Part shown: piece after piece, positions 47,025 to 58,959 of the stretch
Numbering within the stretch: the first letter of the stretch is position 1
Layout: every line of letters begins with the position of its first letter
Source: Squalus acanthias
Taxonomy: Eukaryota
Assembly (NCBI GenBank): GCA_030390025.1
Contig: CM059432.1
Location: 136,712,001-136,776,000 of the forward strand
Length of the DNA: 64,000 nucleotides
Direction: 5' to 3'
Notes under the pieces: generated by a model
The model's input: only the letters and a program-made list of their open reading frames with translations
What the model was told of the DNA's origin: nothing
Databases searched by the model: none
Position numbers and translations under genes: made by a program

Positions 47025-47450
47025 TTTTTTTTAATCTGTTCTCAGGATATGGCAAGGCCAGCATTTATTGACTATCCCTAGTTGCCCTCGAGAAGGTGGT
47101 GGTGAGCCTCCTTCTTGAACCGTTGCAGCCCGTGTGGTGAAGGTACTCCCACAATGCTGTTAGGGAGAGAGTTCCAGGATTTTGACCCAGCGACGATGAA
47201 GGAATGGCCGATATACTTCCAAGTTGGGATGGTGTGTGACTTGGAGGGTAACTTGGAGATGATGGTGCTCCCATACACCTGCTGCCCTTGTCCTTCTAGG
47301 TGGAGGAGTTCGCGAGTTTGGGAGGTGCTGTCGAAGAAGCCTTGGCAAGTTGCTGCAGTGCATCCTGTAGATAGTACACATTACAGCCACGGTGCACTGG
47401 TGGTGGAGGGAGAGGTGTAACTGCCGATCAAGCGGACTGCTTTGTCCTAG
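47025..47450 (-). mobile_element. Non-LTR retrotransposon 3' fragment (third LINE family, Jockey/CR1-L2 group)
   Basis: Reverse-complement copy of 57710-58272 (SFIVAGSKSWNSLP...FKKEAHHHLL). Confidence 0.75.
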
Positions 47451-47454
47451 TGTG

Positions 47455-47640
47455 GTAGGATAGGCACTAGCCTTTCACCTCTGAAACCTGGGTTCAAATC
47501 AAGCCCAGACAGGTTGGATGGAAGTCTCCTCTTAGCGGTCCTACGTGAACTGAGTTTGGGCATTCTCAATCCAGTTCCAAGTAGGCATAATCCTACAGTA
47601 GAAAACTGCCCCTAACTCAGCTCTAACAACCTCACTCAGA
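47455..47640 (+). mobile_element. LF-SINE-like fragment
   Basis: AGCCTTTCACCTCT...GGTTCAAATCAAGCCCAG...CCTACGTGAACTGAGTT...TCTCAATCCAGTTCC matches my recollection of the LF-SINE 5' half; B box present. Confidence 0.55.
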
Positions 47641-47954
47641 AAGGTTAGTGAGGAAAATGCCACACTAGTGCAGTGATGGCTTATCTGAGGCACATTTACT
47701 TTGCATCTGGCCTGTGCTAAACCTGACCTGAGAATGCTTGATGCTGTCATTGTGTGCCTGAAATGGAAAACGTTCTCCATTTAAACAGCACTTTGGAGGC
47801 TGACTTTCTGCAGTAACTGTTATTTTGAGACGTACTTTCAAGTTAAAGAAATAAAATTGTCAATTGTATGTTTGCAGTGGTTTATTTTTATTTTCAATGC
47901 AGTGTGCAATTAAGCCCAGTTTGTGATATCTGATTCTTCTTTCATTTTTCTGGC

Positions 47955-48295
47955 TCCCGGTCCGGCAATGCCTCAAATTTAAAATTCTCATCCTTGTTTT
48001 CAAATCCTTCCATGGCCTTGCCCCTCCCCATCTTGGTAACCTCCTCCAGCCCTAAAACCCTCCGAGATCTCTGCGTTCCTCCAATTCTGGAGTGGTTATA
48101 ATGTGGAACTCGCAGCCACATGGAGTAGGTGAGGCGAACAGCGTAGATGCCTTTAAGGGGAAGCTAGATAAACACATGAGGGAGAAAGGAATAGAAGGAT
48201 ATTTTGATAAGAGTGAGATGAAGTAGGGAGGGAGGAGGCTTGTGTGGGGCATAGTCTTGTTGGGCTGAATGGTCTGTTTCTGTACTGTAAATTCA
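47955..48295 (+). mobile_element. L2 fragment (47955-48090) abutting a CR1 tail (48091-48295)
   Basis: Similar to 29620-29730 and 44500-44728 respectively. Confidence 0.7.
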
Positions 48296-48728
48296 TTATC
48301 ACCTTCCACTTTGACCACACAGTTATGCACCAGATCAGAAATAGTGCATGCTGGTGCTCGGGAGATCAATTCAAAGTGTTCTTCAATGAATTGCTTAATA
48401 ATTCATAATACTCAGGACCAATTAATAACCTGATGGCTAGTTAAATATTCTGGGCCTACTTTGACTGCAAGCGAGCATCATTTACATGCTGCAAACTATT
48501 GAACCATTATAGAAGCATTTTGTATGGAAAGAAAACCTGATCTTAAACCAGAGTTAAAAGCTCGTAAATTGTTTGTGTAAAAATATTTCCTCACAGAATA
48601 ACTAGTGGCACATTTCCCGTGTTTGTTCTCAGCCTTTATGTTTAAATAACATCAGAGTTTCTTTATCTTTAAATAACAGCCAAAAGAACTGTGAATGGGT
48701 GTGTCCGGTAGACAGCCTAATAACACTA

Positions 48729-48935
48729 GTCTGGAATTCCCTCCCAAAATCTTTCCGCCTCTCCACCTCTCACTCCTCCTTTAAGACGCTCCTTAAAACC
48801 TACCTCACCCGCCCTAATATCTCTTTACGTGGCTCGATGTCAAATTTTCTTTGATAACGCTCCTGTGAAGCGCCTTGGGACGTTTTACTACCTTAAAGGC
48901 GCTATATAAATGCAAGTTGTTGTTGCTGTTGTTGT
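48729..48935 (+). mobile_element. L2 3' end fragment
   Basis: Copy of 4692-4911. Confidence 0.8.
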
Positions 48936-49055
48936 ATCGCACGTTCATGAAACACTTTTTAACCACAAAGCTACACTATATCACTACATATCACTTTCCT
49001 CATTAAACATAAATGGATGGTTTCGCTCATGCTACTTACTAAAGCTCAGACATGG

Positions 49056-50619
49056 AGGCCGGAATTTTGCCTACCTCAGCGGGTCCGGTGCGGGCGTTGG
49101 CGATGGTGGGTCGTGACTCCACTGCTGGCTCCATCTTGCTGCTGAAAACAAAATGACCTTAATAGGGCCTATTAAACCCGCCCAGTGCGTTACCCGGCCC
49201 AATTGAATGGGGCGGATCTGGTGACGTTATTCATGACGCGTTTTCAACCGGGATCTTTAAAGGGACCATGGCTACATTACATTTGACATTTAATCTAACA
49301 TAGTGCTGTCAGTGTACTACACCATTAGAGTGCTGCAAACACTGATAATGACTGCACAGAGGCAGAGGGCAGCACCCAGGTTCTCCAGGGAGGTCCTCTT
49401 CCATTCCGATTGGCGGAAGAGACCTCCCCAGGTGACCAAAACAGCCTGGTTGCAGATTGCAGAGGAGATCACAAGCAGGGATGTGTTCAGGAGGACCTGG
49501 GTGCAGTGCCGTAAACGTTTCAATGATCTCATTAGAGCAGGAAACATTAGTACAAAGCCACACTCAACTTCATCCTGCTGGGCCTCTCATCATATCCCCA
49601 TCACTCTGCCTTCCCTACTCTACTCCTGCACATCCTTACTCCACCCATCCCGCCCCCACGCGCCTTTCCCCCAGGCGCGTCTGTCATCGCGGAGCCGACC
49701 CGACCAGCAGCGGCGGGCGACCCAATTGAAATAATTTTCAGGTGGTTTACAGGCACTGAAGAGCCTTTTTTCACTTACTTTTTAAACTTCCCTGCATGAC
49801 CACGGGAACCACGCAGCTCGGGAAGCACGTCTGTCAACCTGAGGCGGGAGTTCGTGGCCATTGCTCCAGCTGATTACTTGACAGCATCACATGTACAGTA
49901 AAAGCTCCCACCTGACAGATCATCACTTTCCTCAGGCAGAAGCTGTTGCTCAGTCCATTTCCAGCACAGATTCGGCAAGGTATGTTGGTGTGATTAATGA
50001 TGTGCTGGAGTAGGGTTGGGAAGGCAGAGTGATGGGGATGTGATGAGAGGCCCAGCAGGATGCAGTTGAGTGTGGCTTTGTACTAACGTTTCCTGCTCTA
50101 ATGAGATTATTGAAACATTTGTGGCATTGCACCCAGGTCGTCCTGACCACATCTCTGCTTGTGACCTCCTCTGCAGTCTGCAACCAGGCTGTCTTGGTCT
50201 GCTGGGGAGGTCTCTTCCGCCCATCGGAAGGGAAGAGGACCACCCTGCATGCTCTGACTCCCTCCATAAGCATATGGAGGGAGTCATCGGAGAACCTGGG
50301 TGCAGCCCTCTGCCTCTGTGCAGTGCTTGTCAGTGTTTGCAGCACTCTAATGGTGTAGTACACTGACAGCACTATGTTAGATTAAACTTCAAATGTAATG
50401 TGGCCATGGTCCCTTTAAAGATCCCGGCTGAAAACGCATCATGAATGACGTCACCAGACCTGTTCCATCTCATTGGGCTGGGTAACGTGCTGAGCGAGCT
50501 TAATAGGCCCTATTAAGGTAAGTTAATTTTCAACTACAGGATGAAGCTAGCAGTGGGGTCGCGACCCGCTACAGACACTGCCCGCACTGGACCTGCCCAG
50601 GTGGGCAAAATTTCGGCCC
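49056..50619. mobile_element. Fold-back Harbinger derivative: two inverted ~600-bp arms, each carrying Myb/SANT exon 1
   Basis: Arms ~49056-49645 and ~49988-50619 are reverse complements with scattered mismatches. ORFs 49303..49734(+) and 49950..50372(-) both read RAAPRFS...KTAWLQ.AEE.TSRDV.R.TWVQC.K.FN.L. Termini GGCCG(G/A)AATTTTGCC. Confidence 0.88.
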
Positions 50620-50741
50620 TTGTTCTACATCACTGCTGTTGTATTTTTATCAGTTATTTTGTTATTATTCCTATACTTTTTTCTGAATGGAAGTATTTAT
50701 ATTACCTTTAAAATTATTCTATTCTACAAACCTTTTATCCT

Positions 50742-51125
50742 TTAATCTGGGACCTTGGTCCCAGCCCAGTTCAGATGCCGACCCTCCCAGTGGTCCAGCT
50801 GCTTCCTGTCCCAGTACTGGTGCCAGCGTCCCATGAAATGGAAACCCTCTTTCCCGCACCAGTCTTTCAGCCACGCATTCGCTCCCTTGATCTGTTTGTC
50901 CCTATGCCAATTAGCACGTGGCTTGGGTAATAATCCTGAGATTACTACCCTCGAGGTCTTGCTTTTTAATTTAGTCCCTAGCTTCTGATACTCACTTAGC
51001 AGGACCTTCTCCCTGTTCTTTCCGATGTCATTGGTCCAGACATGGACCACGACAGCTGGTTCTTCATCTTCCCTCTCCAGCCGCTTTGAGATATTCCTTA
51101 CCCTGGCACCAGGTAGACAACACAC
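50742..51125 (-). pseudogene. CR1 ORF1 SGNH-esterase domain fragment
   Basis: CCLPGARV, VVVHVWTNDIG (consensus VHVGTND), VVISGLLP, NAWLKDWC..EGF.F, EGRHLN..GT (consensus DGLHLN). Confidence 0.8.
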
Positions 51126-51198
51126 CTGTTGCTGTTGAAACTATCAGAATAACAGTCTTGGAGGAAATACTGGGACTGATAGAGTGAGGACTCTGAAC

Positions 51199-51222
51199 CA
51201 ACACACACACACACACACACAC
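51199..51222 (+). repeat. (CA)n microsatellite
   Basis: Directly visible. Confidence 0.9.
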
Positions 51223-51319
51223 TTGATACAACTTACAGAACTTCCTGAATTGATTATTATGTTTACTGCAGTTAGTTCATCACCTTAACAGTGTAACTCC
51301 TCCCTACCATTTGTCGAAT

Positions 51320-51527
51320 ATAGAATTATAGAATCATACAGCACAGAAGGAGGCCATTCGGCCCATGATGTATGTGCCGGCTCTTTGAAAGCGCTATCCA
51401 ATTAGTCCCACTCCACTGCTTTTTCCACATAACACTGCAAATTTTTCCTTTTCAAGTACTTATCCAATTCTCTTTTGAAAGTTACAATTGAATCTGCTTC
51501 CACCGCCCTCTCATGCAGTGCCTTCCA
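51320..51527 (-). mobile_element. CR1 3' tail fragment
   Basis: Same subfamily as 7724. Confidence 0.8.
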
Positions 51528-54450
51528 TAGAATCATAGAAATGTTACTGCACAAAAGCAGGCCATTTAGCCCATCGTGTCTGTGCCGGCTGAAAAAGAGT
51601 TATCCAGCCTAATCTAATTTCCAGCTCTTGATCCCTAGCCTAGTAGGTTACAGCACTTCAAGTGCATATCCAAGAATCTCTTAAATCCTTCTACCAATTA
51701 CTTTAAATCTCTATGCCCTGGTTATTGACTTCACTGCTAAGGGAAATAGGTCCTTCCTCTTCACTCTATCTAGGACCCTCATAATTTTATACACCGCAAT
51801 TAAGTCTCCCTTCCGCCTCCTCTGTTCCAAAGAAAACAACCCCAGCCTATCCAATCTTTCCTCATAACTAAAATTCTCCAGTCCTGTGAACTTCCTCGTA
51901 AATCTCCCCTGTACCTTCTCTAGTGCAATCACATCTTTCCTGTAATGTGCTGACCAGAACTGTACGCAGTACTTTAGCTGTGGCCTAACTAGTATTTTAT
52001 ACAGTTCAAGCATAACCTCCCTGCTCTTATATTCTATGCCTCAGCTAATAATGGAAAGTATCCCGTATGCCTTCTTAACCACCTTATCTACCTGGCCTGC
52101 TACCTTCAGGGATCTGTGGACATGCACTCCAAGATCCCTCTGTTCCTCTACACTTCTCAGTATCTTACCATTTATTGTGTATTCCCTTGCCTTGTTAGCC
52201 CTCCCCAAATGCATTACCTCACACTTCTCTGAATTGAATTCCATTTGCCACTTTTCTGCCCACCTGACCAGTCCATTGATATCTCCTGCAGTCTACAGCT
52301 TTCTTCCTCATAATCAACCACATGGCCAATTTTTGTATCATCTGCAAACTTCTTAATCATGACCCCCTACATTGAAGTCTAAATCATTGATATATACCAC
52401 AAAAAGCAAGGGACCTAGTACTGAGCCCTGCGGAACCCCACTGGAAACAGCCTTCCAGTCACAAAAACATCTGTTGACCATTACCCTTTGCTTCCTGTGA
52501 CTGAGTCATTTTTGGATCCAACTTGCCACTTTCCCTTGGATCCCATGGGCTTTTACTTTTCTGATCAGTCTACCATGTGGGACCTTGTCAAAAGCCTTGC
52601 TAAAATCCATGTAGACTACATCAAACACGCTACCCTCATCGACCCTCCTTGTTACCTCCTCGAAAAATTCAATCAATTTAGTCAGACATGACCTTCCCTT
52701 AACAAATCCATGCTGACTGTCCTTGATTAATCCGTGCCTTTCTAAATGACAATTAATACTGTCCCTCAGAATTTTTCCAATAATTTGCTCACCACCGAGG
52801 TTAGGCTGACTGGCCTATAATTACTCGGTCTATCCCTTTCTCCCTTTTTAAACAACGGTACAACGTTAGCAGTCCTCCAGTTCTCCAGCACCACACCTGT
52901 AGCCAGAGAGGATCGGAAAATGATGGTCAGAGCCTCTGCTATTTCCTCCTTTGCTTCTCTTAACAGCCTGGGATACATTTGATCCGGGCCTGGCGATTTA
53001 TCTACTTTCAAAGATGCTAAACCCCTTAATACTTCCTCTCTCGCTATGTTTATCTCATCTAATATTTTACACTCCTCTTCCCTAACTACAATGTCTGCAT
53101 CGTCCCTCTCTTTTGTGCAGACAGATGCAAAGTATTCATTAAGAACCATACCTTAGTCTTCCGCCTCCACACACAGGTTACCTTTTTGGTCTCTGATAGG
53201 CCCTACTCTTTCCTTAGTTATTCTCTTGCTCTTTATGTATTTATAAAACATCTTTGGGTTTTCCTTGATGTTACTTGCCAATATTTTTTCATGCCCTCTC
53301 TTTGCTTTCCTAATTTCCTTTTTAATTTCACCCCTGCACTTGCTATACTCCTCTAGGCTTTCTGCAGTATTTAGCTCTCAGTATCTGGCAAAAGCTTCCC
53401 TTTTTTGCCTTATCCTACCTTGTATGCCCCTTGACATCCAGGGGGCTCTAGATTTGGGAGTCCCACCCTTTTTCTTTGTGGGAATATATTTGCCCTGAAC
53501 CCTCACTATCTCCTCCTTGAATGCCTCCCACTGATTTAACACTGATTTACCTTCAAGTCGCTGTTTCCAGTCCACTTTTGCTAAATCACATCTCAGCTTA
53601 GTAAAATTGGCCTTTCCTCAACTTTTACTCCAGGTCTATCTTTGTCCTTTTCCATAGCTATACTAAATCTAACTGAATTATGATCACTACCACCAAAATG
53701 GTCTCCCACTGATACTCCTTCCACCTGCCCAGCTTCATTCCCCCAAAACTAAATCCAGAACCGCGCCCTCTCTTGTTGGACTTGCTATGTACTGGCTAAA
53801 GAAATTTTCCTGAATGCATTTTAAGAATTTTGTGCCCTCTATGCCTTTTACACTGATTCTATCCCAATTAATATTAGGGAAGTTGAAATCTCCCACTATT
53901 ACTGCCCTATTGTTTTTGCACTTCTCAGAAATTTGCCTACATATTTTCTCTTCTATCTCCTTCTGACTATTCAGTGGTCTATATTACACTCCCAGCAGTG
54001 TGATTGCCCCTTTTTTGTTCTTCAGTTCAACCCACAGGGCCTCATTTGATGATCCTTTTAACATATTATCCCTCCTCACAGCTGTAATTGTTTCTTTAAC
54101 CAATATTGCAACCCCTCCTCCTTTTTTATCCCCCTCTCTATCTCATCTGAAAACCCTGCAGCCAGGAATGTTGAGCTGCCATTCCTGCCCTTCTTTCAGC
54201 CATGTTTCAGTAATAGCTATGATATCATACTCCACGTGTCTATCTGTGCCCTCAGCTCATCTGCCTTATTTACTAGACTCCTTGCATTGAAGTATATACC
54301 ATTAAGTGCTGCCAAACCCCTTTGTTGTCTATTTTCTAGCCTTTGTTTCCAAACTGCCTTCCAAACTCACTTACTAATTTACTGCCTTCCATTTCCAGCT
54401 TGCATTCTCTCCCTTCTGAATCTATGCTCAGGTTTCCAACCCCCTGCCTC
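51528..54450 (-). mobile_element. Long degraded CR1 LINE (ORF2 endonuclease + RT, multiple stops and frameshifts)
   Basis: ORF pieces LNEYFASV...KSPGPD...NYRPVSLTSVV, MEFNSEKCEVMHLG, LVRPQLKYCVQFWS; endonuclease-like sequence at ~53600-54300 (GGGVAIL, VGDFNFPNINW). Confidence 0.9.
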
Positions 54451-56336
54451 AGTCCACCTTGGGAGAGATTATAGAAGTATGCAAGTGACACAAATATCGA
54501 GTTCAAGACACAAGGAGGTATTATTGTTACATCCCTGGATAGATTTTTTATTCCAACAACAATTGCATTTATATAGCACCTTCAACATTTAAACTCATGT
54601 GGAGTATAAACACCAGCACAGACTAGTTGGGCCGAACGGCCTGTTTCTGTGCTGTATATTCTATGTAGCACAGCTTTAGAAAGCACCAAAGTGTAGAGTG
54701 AGGGGAGGGGGAGGAGTATACGCTAGAAGCTTTGGGCTAAGTGCTGAGGCATGTCTCTGTGCTTTCAGCTCCAAACAGAAGGCCAACCACGACTAACGTT
54801 GGCACCGTCCTTCACAAGGAATCATCTCATGTACTAAAGCAACACGACACCCAGAAGTTAACTGGGAAATGCCTCTAATCCCGGTTTTAAAAAAATCATT
54901 TTAAAGCAACAGCAACTAATAATTTTTAATTCCTATCCCATCAACTCATTGGTCCCATTTGCTTTCCCTCATTAATTTCAGCTAAGTAGGTTCTATTTGT
55001 CTAAATGGTAGCTTAAATGCCAGACTCACGGCTAAACCTACTCTTCAATCTGAAACAAATGGCTCCATTTACCTTTTCAAAACTTCTATAAATTTAACTT
55101 GCATTAGCTCTGTTGCTTGTGATTAAGCAGCAAAGTGTAAACAGTCCAAAAGTGTGTTTAGTTGATTATCTGGCCAAGTTTGGACGGTTTTGGGAGGGGT
55201 TGCCTCCAGGGTTCCTCTCCATTAAAGGTGCCAGTGTTGGCTTGCCTTGGTATAGGCACAGAGCCACTTTCTGTCCTGTGCCGTTTGGCGTCACTGTGTG
55301 TTTCCCATAACTCAGAATGAAAGGACAGTAATGGCTCTCAGAGTTGTATTAGCCAGCCTAGAGTTTTCAAATAAATGCGAGAAATATTTCAACAGCAAAA
55401 AAGTGTTTTTTTTTTACAAAATATGGATAACTAGCCAGTGTTTTAAGAAATTTTATTTAGCTACAGTAGGTTGACAAATATTTAAAGAGGAAATCTCCCC
55501 ATTAGGAGCCCTTTTATCAAAAAAAATGTTACAAGGAATTATTATTAATTTTAATGTTCTGCAGTTTTTTTTCTGTTTTGTATGTTCCTTCTTTACATGT
55601 GTATCCCTTTAGAGGATGGGTACTGACAACATCAATGGGAGAAAGAAGTCGGCAGGATGAGTTACAGAGCAAAGGAGCTGAATTAACCAGCCTCATAGAA
55701 ATAATGTGATGACTCCAGCACTCTGGGTCAATCAAAGCTGGCCAAAACCAACCCTTCATCAAAGACCAGCCATAGAGGAAAGGGTCCATCACTCTTTCAT
55801 TGACTCACAGCCAGAAATGGTGTAATTCCTGCACATGATCTCTGCAGACTTCCCAGCGATTGCCACTACTGTTTCAGATGTTGGGTAGACTGGAGACCAC
55901 ATAGGGTGAATCCACTGCTCAAGAAACTTTTGGCAATGAGCAGATTCAAACCAGGATCCTCCTGATTAAAAGCCCATACCTGGATCAAATGAACCCGGGT
56001 TAATGACTCCTAACAATTCAATTCTTTCACATTTATGGGGCTCGCTGGCTCCCGCCGTGATATAATATTGTACTGAAGGCATTGCTTACAAAATAAAATA
56101 GTTAGAAAGATGTCAATCGTAACTGTTTGTTGTGGCCCAGTGAATGCGCTGGCTGATTCTTTTGCGATTTCCTAGCTCATGGAATTATAGTGCTCAAGCT
56201 GCTGTCCTAGACAAGGTCTGCTAACTCAGCACAGACCAGCCATCAAACTTTGGACCTTACTGATGTATGGCTGAGTTCCAACGTTCCTTTACTGTATTAC
56301 TTCTCTTTTAGTCAATCTTTTCAAAACAAGTACAAA

Positions 56337-56471
56337 ATGTGTGTGTGCCTGTATGTGCGTGTGCGGCTGCATGTGCACGTGCGTATGTCCGTGTCTGTAT
56401 GTGTGTGTCTGTATGTGCATGTCTGTATGGGCATGTCTGTATGTGTGTGTACTTGTGCATGTGTGTGTGTG
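56337..56471 (+). repeat. Degenerate (TG)n microsatellite
   Basis: Directly visible. Confidence 0.85.
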
Positions 56472-57318
56472 TTTTTATCTGCCACATTGTTAAGTTCATA
56501 CCACAATATTAACAAGTATACTACCAACAATACCACATTCTGGATTAAACGTCTTGTAATCCACAATGCTAGATCTGTTAAATTAGGCAAATGCGCCTTA
56601 AATTTACAGTCAGTATTTTCAGCTCCTTCCTTCTGTCTTTATGTTGCAGCAGGAACTAATGCGATCATTTCGCACAGCTGGAAGTTTGAAACTATCCTGC
56701 AACACTGTTAGTTGAAAGCTCTTTGTTTACGTGAAGGATTTGTTACAATGCTAATACCTTACACACATCTCGCCAGTAGATGGTTACTGTAGTAACAGAG
56801 ATGTATTTTCCTAATAATATGGTATGCTCAAGCCCAAATCACTCGGGATGATGTATCAGTCCAGCTATCTCTAAAGACTGATGGTGAAAGTTTTTAATGA
56901 AACGATTCATTTTGTTAAACAAACAGGTAACAGAAAGAACTCCACTGTTGCCTTGACGACTGCACTAACAATGTTGCACGTCATATTGTATTGCCAGGAT
57001 GGCTGTGTTAAAGAAACATATTTCACGAGTGCCTGTTTGCTTGCTTTAATCAACAACAAAAAAAATCGGAGGATTATAATTCCTGGCCATTGTGCAATTT
57101 TCACTGTTAAATTTTTTGTCAGGTCATCTTTTGAGATTTTTGCCCAATAGTTTTTTTTACTTGCCAAAATTTATAAACTGGAGATTTCATAATGGGATCC
57201 CGTGTGTTAATTGTATTCAAGTGGTGGGTATTGGAGACTCTCTTGTGCACATATATATATATATATATATATGGGAGTAGGCTGGGGAAGGGTTGCAAGC
57301 TTATCTTGCAGTGCAGAG

Positions 57319-57431
57319 CAATGTTCCCTCTAAATTCTTCTCCCCTGCGTGGTCACGCATGTGCCGTGTCTCTTCCAGCAACAGCATCTGGTGAGCGGGC
57401 TGCGCGGGACCTCCCTTAGGGGGGAACATCG
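57319..57431. mobile_element. hAT-type MITE (113 bp)
   Basis: TIR CAATGTTCCCTCTAA / TTAGGGGGGAACATCG; 8-bp flanks GTGCAGAG / GTGCACAG (7/8). Confidence 0.8.
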
Positions 57432-57709
57432 GTGCACAGTATGTAATGTGTGCCTCTGCAAATAAAGGCTTAAAAGGCGGCACTTGCTTACTGTCTTATT
57501 GGTGATGGCACCAGCCATCAATCACCGAATTTCAACATAAAAGGTGTAAGCAACTAAAGACTAGGCTCTCGTACTCTATCTTTCACCACCTGGAAATCCG
57601 ACTTTTACATTGTGTTTTTGTGGCATTTGAAGGAGGAAGAAAAGGATAAAAGGTGGGATGTGGGGCAGGTCAGACTGCAGTAGAGGCTCACAGCACATCT
57701 CCAGAAGGC

Positions 57710-58272
57710 TATATCTACCACCAGAGGCACACCGTAGAATGTCAAAGGAATGCTGCCCAAGTCAGGAGTGTGACTTGCCTGGATGAGTGCAGCTTCAACA
57801 ACACTCAAGAAGCTCGACACCATCCAGGACAAAGCAGCCCACTTGATTGGCACCCCATCCACCACCTTAAACATTCACTCCCTCCACCACCAGCGTACCG
57901 TGGCTGCAGTGTGTACCATCGACAAGATGCACTGCAGCAACTTGCCAAGGCTTCTTCGGCAGCATCTCCCAAACCCGCGACCTCTTCCACCTAGAAGGAC
58001 AAGGGCAGCAGGCGCATGGGAACACCACCACCTCCAGGTTCCCCTCCAAGTCACACACCATCCTGACTTAGAAGTATATCACCGATCCTTCATCGTCGCT
58101 GGGTCAAAATCGTGGAACTCCCTACCTAACAACATTGTGGGAGTACCTTCACCACACGGACTGCAGCGGTTCAAGAAGGGGGCTCACCACCACCTTCTCA
58201 AGGGCAACTAGGGATGGGCAATAAATGCTGGCCTTGCCAGCGATGCCCAGATCCCATGAACGAATAAAAAAA
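57710..58272 (+). mobile_element. Non-LTR retrotransposon 3' fragment (third LINE family)
   Basis: QVRSV...WMSAASTTLKKLDTIQDKAAHLIG...SLHHQRTVAA...SWNSLP...FKKGAHHHLLKGN*, short 3' UTR, GAATAAAAAAAAA end. Confidence 0.8.
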
Positions 58273-58489
58273 AAGGCTCCATTCACTAGGGAGGCAGTGA
58301 CAAGAGTTGTGCCATCTCCTAAAATCTGACCTCCACCTAGTCTCTACCACAGGAACAGCAATGCCAGTGACTGTCACAATCATTACAGCCTTAACAGCCT
58401 AGCCTTTGGCCCCACATTCACCACGAGACCTTGTAGCCATCAATTTGCTCAACTACTCTCTCACCTCCACGTTTAATGCCCTTCTCAGG

Positions 58490-58912
58490 TGTCAGCCGTG
58501 GCTCAGTGGTAGCACTCTCACCTCTGGGTCCCACTCCAGAGACCTATACAAATAATTTAAGATGAGACTCCAGTGCAGTACTGAGGGAGTGCTGTACTGT
58601 CAGATGTGCCATCTTTTGGATGAGACGTTAAACCGAGGCTCCGTCTGCTATCTCAGGTGGATGTAAAAGATACCATAACACCAGATCGAAGAAGAGCAGA
58701 GGAGTTCTCCCCAGTGTCCTGGCCCAAATTTATCCCTCATCACTAAAACAGTTGCTCTGGTGATGATCACATTGCTGTTTGTTGGACCTTGCTGTGTGCA
58801 AATTGGCAGCTGCATTTCCTACATTGTAAAAGTACTTAGTTGTCTGTAAAGTGCTTTGGAATGTCCTGAAGTCGTGAAAGGTGCTATAGAAGCGCAAGTT
58901 TCTCTTTCTTTT
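58490..58912 (+). mobile_element. Deu-domain SINE
   Basis: Copy of 22454 with small deletions. Confidence 0.85.
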
Positions 58913-58959
58913 CTACCCGCAAAACCTTTACTCTCCCCCATTCCAGTCATTGCCCTGGT

